From Paraspadella gotoi (Eukaryota; Animalia; Chaetognatha): DNA of 64,000 nt. The stretch covers positions 5,941,991-6,005,990 of the forward strand of contig CM119271.1 of assembly GCA_051294375.1 (NCBI GenBank). Reading direction: 5' to 3'. The position numbers and the translations under genes were made by a program. The first letter of the stretch is position 1, and each line of letters starts with the position of its first letter. Of this stretch, positions 12,795 through 22,200 are shown in pieces. The notes under the pieces are model-generated. The model saw only the letters and a program-made list of their open reading frames with translations, did not search any database and was not told the DNA's origin.

Positions 12795-14634
12795 TCACGG
12801 AGATTTCTCCGTTGCGGCGAACTTGTCGTGAAAGTACGAGACGAACTTCTCCTTCGGTAAGAGAGTATCCTTGAAACTCGGCCTCTCCTGAACGGCTTCC
12901 CACCAAATGTGGAATCTTTTCAAATTTTCCGTCTTCGGAATTCCGGCGCCGATCAAATCTTTTAAGACCTCAATCCTGATAGAATCGTAATTGATGAGAG
13001 AGAAGAAAGTTGAAAGAAACGTAATCGCATTGGCGCTTACCTGCCGATAAAAGGAGCCAAGGCAATGTCGATGATCCCGAACTTTTGACCGTAAAAAAAT
13101 GGACCCTCAGACGCAGGAGCCGCGTTTTTAAAGAAGGCTTCCAGTTCTTTCTCGACCGCCTCGGCAGCTTCAGATTTCGATCCAGGCACACTGGTTTTTA
13201 TAATCGAGAAGAATTTTATTTAATAACAAATTTTTATATTCAAATTTCAATATACAAAAAAAAATTTAATTAGCAAGTTCTTAATACTTGAGATTTTTGG
13301 CTTTTTGTTTTTTATGAATAAATCATTTTTATAAATAGGTTTACCGAGCGGTAAAATTGAACATTTATTGTAACAGCCGGGTTGTATGTGATTAGGATGG
13401 GGCAGTGACGCCTCCTTCACTGGCGGTAACCCGAGGACGGTGTCGCTTAGTCAACGCACAGGGAAATCGTAAGGACTATGGAATCCACAGTGTGGATGGA
13501 ACGCAACGCTTGGGATGGTGCGTTCCTCCTCTGAGCCAATGGGATTGGCTGAACGATGGTGGATGTGAGGCGGTGTGAATATACCGCCACACATTCACTG
13601 TTTGGGATCTTCCCGGTCGGTGATTTTTTTTTCTGCTTCTTATGAGCACAGACGTAACTTTTTTTTCCGCGAAAAAAAAAAGTTTTTTGAATATTACCCC
13701 AACCACCCTTGACCGTAACCAGTAACAGTAATAATTTTTCTTATAGTATCATTTTTTCAACCATGTACAAAAATTGTACATTGAACAAATTAATTGATTG
13801 TCTTTATCTATTACTTCCTCGAACTCACTAATATAAGGTGCGAACTGGTTTCAAAACTTTCTCCAAATTGTCAAGATGGATCCTGGTTTTGGCTCGTTCC
13901 AAAGGTTCCGTTATGGGCGGAAAAAGGTGGACCTCGCTCTCCAACCAAGCCTCATCGATATACTCTAAACCCCCCCACAAAAAAATATATAAATAAATCG
14001 TATGTAAAATATTAAATTGTAAAAAGTTTATACGGGAAAAAGTTTATACGGGAAAAAGTTGATAAGGAACACACGTTACAAGCATTTGATTCCGTTCTGT
14101 TTGCTATCCAAAATTTCAGAATCTAACACTTAAATCAATTAACATGACTCAAAACTTCAGATAAGGTGCGTATTGACTTAAATTTCCTAAAAACTTTCAT
14201 ACAAGTTAAAACTATAATTTCAAATTTGAATTCAAAATTTTAACAAACAAAAAAAAACGAGATCTAAATAAAACAAGAACGGAGATACCGCAGTGACTTT
14301 CACATCACATCAGTACTCGCGGTGCAAAAAAACAAAAAAAACCCGTCTTTTCGATCCTTACCGCTAACGATCATGCTCTCGTAAACAATGCCATCGCCGT
14401 GAACCAAGGCCGGCACCAGACCTCGCGGACTAACAGCCAAAAAATCGGCCGACTTATTTTTTAAGTCGACTTCCTTCAGTTCGAAGTCGACCCCTTTCTC
14501 CAAAAGCGAGATCCACGCGCGCTGCGAGAAAAAAAAATTATCAAAATCGTGACTTTCTCGGAAAAACGAGTCCCGTTTTGACTCACCTGGGCAAAGGGGC
14601 AGACCCAGGAGGAATACAAAATAGGTTGTGGCAT
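12795..14634 (-). CDS. Glutathione S-transferase, omega/tau-like (copy 2), 5 exons
   Basis: MPQPILYSSWVCPFAQ/RAWISLLEKGVDF...SPRGLVPALVHGDGIVYESMIV/EYIDEAW...GPFFYGQKFGIIDIALAPFIG/RIE...FHIWWEAVQERPSF...SP*. Tandem paralog of 11285-12342. Confidence 0.92.
13376..13632 (+). ncRNA. Candidate structured non-coding RNA (Pol III-like, family unidentified), antisense in GST copy 2 intron 3
   Basis: GC-rich block in an AT-rich intron, with a terminal stem GCCGGG/CCCGGT and at least four internal hairpins. G-U pairs favour the + strand. Followed by T9 (13624-13632), with TATAAATA at 13330. Confidence 0.55.
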
Positions 14635-15010
14635 CTTTTTTTTGATCGTATGGCGATTTTCTGAGAGTGTTTGGATAAAGAAATACAATGCATGATTTAT
14701 AACAAAATAATAAAAACGAAAAAAACCGGGCAATATCGAATAGACTTTAAAAGTTGAAAAGGACAAAGTAACAATACAAGGGGTCGGGGCATAGGATGAT
14801 GTTCACTTTTTTTCGTTGACTCGACGAAACTGGAACAAACGATCGAACGAAAAGGAATAAAAAGGTCATTTCGACGTAGTCTACCAACTAGGCACTTAAT
14901 AGCAGCTCGTTTCAAACTTGGTTTTCTTCTTTAAATTCTATGAACGTTTTTTAAAGGGTGTTAGAGCCCGACTCGGCAAGAGGTTGGTTGAATTGGGCAA
15001 ACAGGGAGAG

Positions 15011-16205
15011 TCAGAGTCTTCGCCCTCCACCGAAATCGGGTCCGGAGCCCGGGCCATCGCCACTCCCGTCAATTCCGAAACCTCCGCCGTCGTTGACGTC
15101 ATTTTTGTTAACGAGTTGCACGCCGGGCGCGATTTCCACGACTTGAAATGATCCGGGAAGAAGAGTCTCTTCGTTCTCGTCTATCAATTCGATCTTGTCC
15201 GCGGGAAGAAAAGTGTATGATCCGTCGGACCCTGATTCAATAACGGAAATGAAGATTAGGAGCAACTTGGATCATATTTCAGCCACGCATGTCACTCACC
15301 TTCGATTGTTATCTGCTGTCCCTCGGCGGTTCGAATAATGGGGGCGTCGGGATTGCCCATTCTTTTCCGCCTGCGTTAAGGAATAACTTTTGTGTATTTA
15401 CGATGTAACTAAATAAAACCCAGGGAAAACCACCCTTTACCTATCCAAAGGTGCGGCTTCGATCTTGACAATGTGCGGGCCCTCCTCCACGTCTTCGTCC
15501 AGCACCACTTCTTCTCCTTTTCCTCTAAGAATGTACCGTCAGGGGTAGAAGAAAAAAAAAGAGATACATTGAACATTTTGAACTTAAACTCGTCAACCTC
15601 TTTATTGACTTACGCCGCGAACTCCAATACGTGCCGGTAAAAACCGTTGGTAGAGCTTCCATTGGCGGCGTTAATCATTTGGTGATATCTGGAAACAGGG
15701 ATTGTCAGCATTCCCAAAACGTTGTCGCCACCATCTGTGGCGATGGAGGAGCAGTCGCCTGCAAAAAAAAAAAGTTAAGAAAATTAAAAGGGACAAGTTT
15801 CTCGAGTTTAAGAGAGAACGGCGTGTGACGAACCCGTAACGACGATTTGTCCATCGGAATCAATCGTTGCCTCGATCCCGAATTCCGCTTCGCCATCCTC
15901 GTCCACCATCGCTCTCTGCGCGGAGAGAGAGAGAGAGAGATATAAATGAAAACTAAAAAAAAAAATCTTAAAAGCATAAGGATCGTCGCAATAGCATAAG
16001 AAAAATCTGGATTGACGACAAATTTTGATACTAAAAAAAAAAAAAGAAAATTTGAGAAAAGAAAATTAAATTATAAACAAAGAAAAATTCTATTTTGCGA
16101 TTGTCAATAAAAAAAAATAAAGTACGGAAGAAATTTAAAGTTACAGTTTCTGAAAAATAGCAAAATGATAACATGCACAAATGCGATGCCTAATTCAATT
16201 CAATT

Positions 16206-16254
<49 letters not shown>

Positions 16255-19200
16255 AAAAAGAAATCAAACAGCACAGCAGAAGCAGTAGGAGAAAAAGAGA
16301 GAAAAAGAATAAGCCCCTGCAGGCTCGTTTTTTTTCCCTATGATTATGAATCAGTGACTAGGGAAAAGAGAGAGGGAGAGAGACATGTAATTTTTAATTC
16401 CTTTATGGAATTATAATTCTATATCGGTCCGCCTCGCACACAATCCTCGTTGCGCTAGTCGATAGATCGCGCGTTTATCAGAGTAAGAAAAACGAACAAA
16501 ATAACATCGAAAGATGAAAAAAAGAAAATCCAGGGGGAAGCCGTCACGTGACCGGCCTCGACCAATGGGAGCCCGGCAAATCCCAAGCCGGCTCCCTCCC
16601 TCATCCGGGAATACAAAGCCTCAATCGTCCCTAGAAAAACCCGGAGGGGCGCTCCACGCGACGTCCCTGCAGTAGAAACGGAGGTCTGCGCGCCAGACCA
16701 ATCTCCGCCGCGAAGGATGACGCGAAGGATGACGCGAAGGATGACGCCAGCTCCACTCCGCGGGCAAAGGCGTCCGAGACCGCCATAGCGCGCGGTCGAC
16801 CCCGGGGACGCGGAAACGTCCGCCTCCAAGAAGGGCTCCTTGAGAAGGGAGGCGAAACGCTGCGTCGAGAGTTGACGAAAGGCGGCGCGGAAGCGCAAAA
16901 AAGAAAATCGTGTGGCGGCGCCAAATCCGAACGGAGAGAGCAAAGGCGCAGCGCCTGAACCGGGCAGCCGTCAAAGTGGCAGCGGAACCAGACGAACGTG
17001 AACTGCCGCTAAGGAAAGATAGCCCGCGTCGCAACGAAGAGAGACGATCTCTGAAGGGCGACGGACCGCTAAAGCGACGAGAAGGAGCGAGCGTCGTAGA
17101 TACCCTCGGCGTGATCGGAAGTGGCGCAGAGTCGAGAATGCGTGAAACCGAGGCCGCATTCCACGTGGGGAAAGTCCGACGTGAGGAGGGCGTCTCTCGA
17201 AAACTCCCTTGAGAAGGCGCCGGACCAAAAGATGCTCTCCAACCGGCGCTCCCGCCAGGGGGGGAGAGCAGCTGATATGGCCGACCTGTGAAGGTTGATC
17301 GTGCTGTACGAGAGGCCCTTCTCGCACAGAAAACCGAGATATCGTAGAACATCCTCTAGAGAGGCTTGAGATCCTCGAACCTCCCTATCCTGAAGGAGGT
17401 CGCAGAAGGAGCTCCAAGCTCTGGCGTAGCACTCTCTGGTAGAGCCTCTCCAGCTGTCGACGATGACGGAGAAGGTGGAGTCGTCGATGTCGGAGAGGTT
17501 GTGGCACCGCCTAAAAACCTCCAGACGACAAGCCTGAAGCGATCCGCTTGCGGAGGCGGAAGTCCGGACACGAGGTGACGACGAGGTTTTCCGGCGCCGG
17601 AAGGCGCCTCGCGTCCAAAACCGAAGGAAAAAAGGAAGCTCTGGAACCACTTCTGAGTCGGCCAAAACGGGGTGATCAGAGAAGGGAGCCCTCGCCTTCT
17701 CTAGCTTGCGGATCACCATCATCAGCAGAGGAGGGGGAGGAAGAGATAGGCCAGGTCGAAGACCCAGCGTTGCGCCAAGGCGTCTATCCCCTCCGCCTCC
17801 AGCGTCGCCTCCCAGGCGAAAAAACGTGGAACTTGAGCCGACCGGGGAGTCGCGAAAAAAAATCGATGCTGGGGAGACCGAAAATGTCGACCATCTGGCG
17901 GAAAACTCTCGTAAGGAGTTTCCAGTCCGCCACCTTGCGGCCCCTCAACGCCGCGGCCGTGATGAGAATCTCCTCCGAAGAGAGATTGACTCCTGCTGTA
18001 GCCCCGACGAAGGCAGGAGAGAGAGACGAAGCTGACCGTCTTCCAAGGATGGACGCGCCGTGGAAGGAAGCTCCGAATCGTTGGAGGAAGGTCCTCAAAA
18101 CTGTGAACTCCTTCACAAAGAAAAAAGGAGAGGGCATCCGCAGTCGACCAGGTTCCCATCGACAGTTGGCCCTGATGGAGAAACCCCCATCCTGCGACGA
18201 AGCATCCGTCGTCACCTCCAGCGTGCAGACCTCCGGGAGGAGGTCGTCGAGCGGAGCGAAGCACTGGTCTGGAGAGATGGCTGCGATCCACCGCAGCTCC
18301 TCCATCGCCGGCGAGTGGAGAGGAACAACGCGGTCGAGATCCTTCTTCGACTTGTAGACACGAAAGACGTCTCGTTGAATCTCGAAAACCTGCAGCGTAG
18401 CAGCGGTACTGCCAAGGACGCCGCCGTCGAAGGCGCAGAGCTGAAGGCACTGACGAGCGCGTGGTGCGGTCGTTGGCAAAGATTCTCCGCGAGAGCGAAG
18501 AGTCGTAATTTTCGTCTCCGGGAGCGCGATGGAGTGGGAGAGGCTGTCCCAAACGAAATCGAGGAAATCGAAGCTCTGAGAGGGAGACAGGCTCGACCTC
18601 TGAAGGTGGATGCGCCTTCCGAGTGGCTCGTCGACAAACGTCCGCCGAGGAAACCAGGATCAAGATGCCGTCTACATGAAAAAAAGACATCGAATCCTCA
18701 GTGGGCGGAGCCAAAGCACTAAGGGGGCTCGTCGTCTTGGTGCTGGTAGAGGCGGCCCTTCCAAAGCGGCAAAATTTCGGATGATCCTCGTGGATCGGGA
18801 GAAGGAGAAGCATCTCGGAGGTCTACCGAGGCACCCCAAACGCCTCGTCGAAACATCCTTCGTAAGTCCGGGGCTCCTTCCCTCCGGAAATAAGGCGGCG
18901 AAAGGAACGAGAGTTGAGCTCTTTTAAGTTCAAAATGGGCGCCAGCCTCCATCTTTCTTTCGTAACGAGGAAAAACATGGAAAGAAAAAACCGGAGAAAC
19001 CGGGACTACCTCGATGGCGTCCTCCCCAAAGCCGCCACAATCTCCGCGTCGACCAAGGCTCTCGGTCCCAAAGACGGTGTCGCGTCCGAGGAAGATGGAA
19101 GCGTGCTGGAACTGCTTCGCCCCCTCGAGGCGAAATCCCGAGAAGTTATCGAGAATGGGCGACGTCTCGCCAACGAGCGTCGTCCAAAGGGGTTGTAGGA

Positions 19201-22200
19201 GACGAAGCCGACCTCCGACGGGGACTTCCGGAAGAAGCGCCGGCGTGGAAAGGTCCGTGTCGAGACTCGAGTCCATGGGGATCCAGGCCTAAAACCTGGG
19301 CGGTCGGACGAGGCGGCACCGCGAGGGCGGCGTTTCGAGTCATTCGTCGGGATGCGAATCCCGCCCTTCCCGTCTCCCGACTTCTTGCGGGGAACAGACT
19401 TCTTGGTTCACTTGCGCTTGAAGGAAAGCTTCGAGCGGAAATGAGGGCGCTTGTCGGCAGCGGGTTTGGCGCGAGCGACGTTTCGTAGAAGCGTCGAATT
19501 GAGCGCCGATTCCACCTGCGCTTCCTGAATACCCAAAAAAAAGGAAGATGCGGTGGGCGCGCCACAGCGAGTACTTGGCGGCGGATCTCGCGACTGAAAG
19601 GTTGAGGGACGCCGCTTGAATAAGAGCCGCGTCGCGAAGCGGGGCGGCAAGGGCGTCGACGCCAGCGCTGACCTCATTTCTGGACGAGCCGGAACGGAGA
19701 GCCTCCTTGATTCCGCGCAGCTCATCGACAACTGTAAGGATGGCATGCGCGGTAGCGCCGTTCTCCTGCATCGCACGTGAAAGGAGCGGAGAGTAGCCGC
19801 GTTATTCCCCTTTGGAAAACGCCGACTCGAATTGAGCGGAGAGGCACGTGTCCGGCGTCGGAGCGTGTGAACTCCGGAGGAGAAGCGACGTCGATCCAGT
19901 GGCGTATACTGCCGATCGCTGGCGTCCCAGCGAGTTCCAGTGTGCCGTGAGGAAGACCCCTTCCCCAACGCAGCGAAGAAAACGCCACATGTAACGAACC
20001 TGGAACCGGCGCTGACCTGCTCGTGGGCAGGAAGCCGTCGAAAACCGCCGACGTCGTCATCCGAAGACGAAAACTCTCTCCTCCTCCGCCGAATCGGAGG
20101 AGTACTTGGCGTCCGGATCCGGCACTGTGTGGATCGATGACGCTTGGGTAGAGGCGAGACCGTGTGACGGTCCGAGGCGGCGCCCGATCTGAGAGGGGGC
20201 CGCCTACTGGAGTCGGAACAGCATGGAAGGAATTCGAGACTCGTCAAACGAGGCGAAGCGTAGTGGAGAGAAAAACCGGACCGATATGGAATCGTCACAT
20301 GTAAAAAAACGTAAGCGGTAAACAAATTAGCGCGAGAATTAAACAGAAAAACTCCCGAACCCCCCCTCCCTTCTCCCCAACCCCTTTCCCTAAGCCACGC
20401 AAAGCCACGAAAAAACATGGTAGGAGACAAAAAGGGCGGACGGTGGGGATCGTGGCGAGGCGGACCGATATAGAATTAATATTCCATAAAGGAATTAAAA
20501 ATTCTCATATCGGTCCGCCTCGCCACGAAATGCCCCATGCCAAGAGGCGGAGGAAAGCGGTTATTTCAACAAAATTATTTCGATCGAATCAGACGAAATA
20601 AAAATTCTAAAAATTCCAAAAATCGAAAAATTCGAAAAAAAGAAGAAAGAAATAAAGGAGAAACAAAAGAGGGAGGCGAGGCGTTTGAAAAACGAGCTAA
20701 AACCCCCACTACGCCATCTGGCGGGAAAAACTCACCGCCCCCAAAGCGTCGAAACGCCGCTGAGACTCGCGGCGAAATTCGTCGAATCCTTCCTAAAGCT
20801 GTTCAGTGACGAAACCATCGTCGTAAGGACAGACTCCAGTCCTCTGGTCACGTCATCCGGCAGTGGGGGATGACCAGACCGGCCGCCATTTGGTCCGAGA
20901 GCAGCGAGAGAGGGCGCCTCGGACAAAGCCCCACCGCTCGGCCGGGCAACGGAAATTGTCGGTTGGTACGGCCGAGTCCCCAAAAACGACGGAATCGGGC
21001 TGCCGAAAACCACGGTAAAAGGGGGGAGAAGCGGTGTCGGTGGGGCAGGTGGCGGGGGCGAGACCGCTCGGTCTCTCTTGGACCTCTCAAGCCCCCGAGG
21101 GATCTCCAGTCCCTCTCTACGTTTAGAGACATGTCCGAACGTTTTCGGCTGTCGGACTTCTTGTCCAACGTTCGTCTCTACTTGATGACTTATAATGAGC
21201 GGGTTTCGAAGTAGATATACGAGAAAATCGTGAAAAAGTCAAGAAAAAACGCGAAATCAGAAAGGATACAACCGAACTAGATGAGCGCGAAAAAAGAATT
21301 GAGGCTTCGTATTCCCGGATGAGGGAGGGAGCCGGCTTGGGATTTGCCGGGCTCCCATTGGTCGAGGCCGGTCACGTGACGGCTTCCCCCTGGATTTTCT
21401 TTTTTCATCTTTCGATGTTATTTTGTTCGTTTTTCTTACTCTGATAAACGCGCGATCTATCGACTAGCGCGAACAAAAGGGCATTTCGTGGCGAGGCGGA
21501 CCGATATGAGAATTAAAAGAGAAAAGAGAGAGAGAATGAAATATGAAAATAAAAGAGAGAAAATTTGTTTGTTTTGATAAAATGTAAACAAAACATATTT
21601 AATAACTATCCAGACTCAAATTTTCAGCTTCATACACCCAAATTTAATCATAAAAAAGGCGATCTATAATTTGGAACGCCGACGACAACGACGACGACAA
21701 CGCCACTTATGCGCAAAAGCGTTACAATATCGTCGCAAACGCTTAGCGATTGCGACGATAAAAAAATCTTAAAATATCTTTAAATGATGCGATGACAACG
21801 AATGATTGATTGATGCAATGATAAATGATTGATTGATGCGATAATAAAGAATGATTGATGGGATGATAACGAATGATTGAGTGATAGGATGCTAACGAAT
21901 GATTGATTGATTCGATGATAACGAATGATTGATTGATGCGATTACGAATTATTGTTTTGCGATGGTAAAATGATAACATGCGTTACGGCGATCACGAGTT
22001 TTTTTGTTTTTTTTTAATTTGTTTTTTTTTTAATAAAAACAAAGATAAAGATAGCGCTATCCGGCCAAATTCAAATCTCGCCCAAGACGGGCCTAGACCT
22101 TACCTCTGAGATAGCGGGGTGATGCGAAAGGGAACGCCCATCCGAGGAGATGTGATGCACAGTGCCATCTTGCAGCGTGACGACAGCGGTGTTGTCATGA

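Larger units (their letters stand above)
16389..21514 (-). mobile_element. DIRS1-like tyrosine-recombinase retrotransposon, full-length but coding-defective, within an NRF1 intron
   Basis: Inverted terminal repeats, a 3' extension (16389-16414), an ICR complementary to both termini, and gag-like, RT, RNase H, MT and YR remnants on the minus strand. AATT occurs at both ends and at the ICR junction. Confidence 0.95.

Noticed and set aside
13379-13455. HDV-like ribozyme fold in the 5' part of the structured RNA (P1 GGGTTGT/GTAACCC, P3 GCC/GGC, L3 TCCTTCACT, P2 TGAC/GTCA)
   Set aside because: There is an extra nucleotide between P3 and P1, no GG directly after P1, J4/2 reads CTTA rather than CNRA, and stronger competing stems exist. 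Not called without a cleavage assay.
13411-13600. RNase P/MRP or 7SK identity for the structured RNA (GGGAAATCGT pairing with ACGAT; GGATGTGAGG resembling the vertebrate 7SK 5' end)
   Set aside because: The CR-V consensus and bulged-U P4 are missing. The 7SK-like string is internal and lacks the paired GATC motifs.
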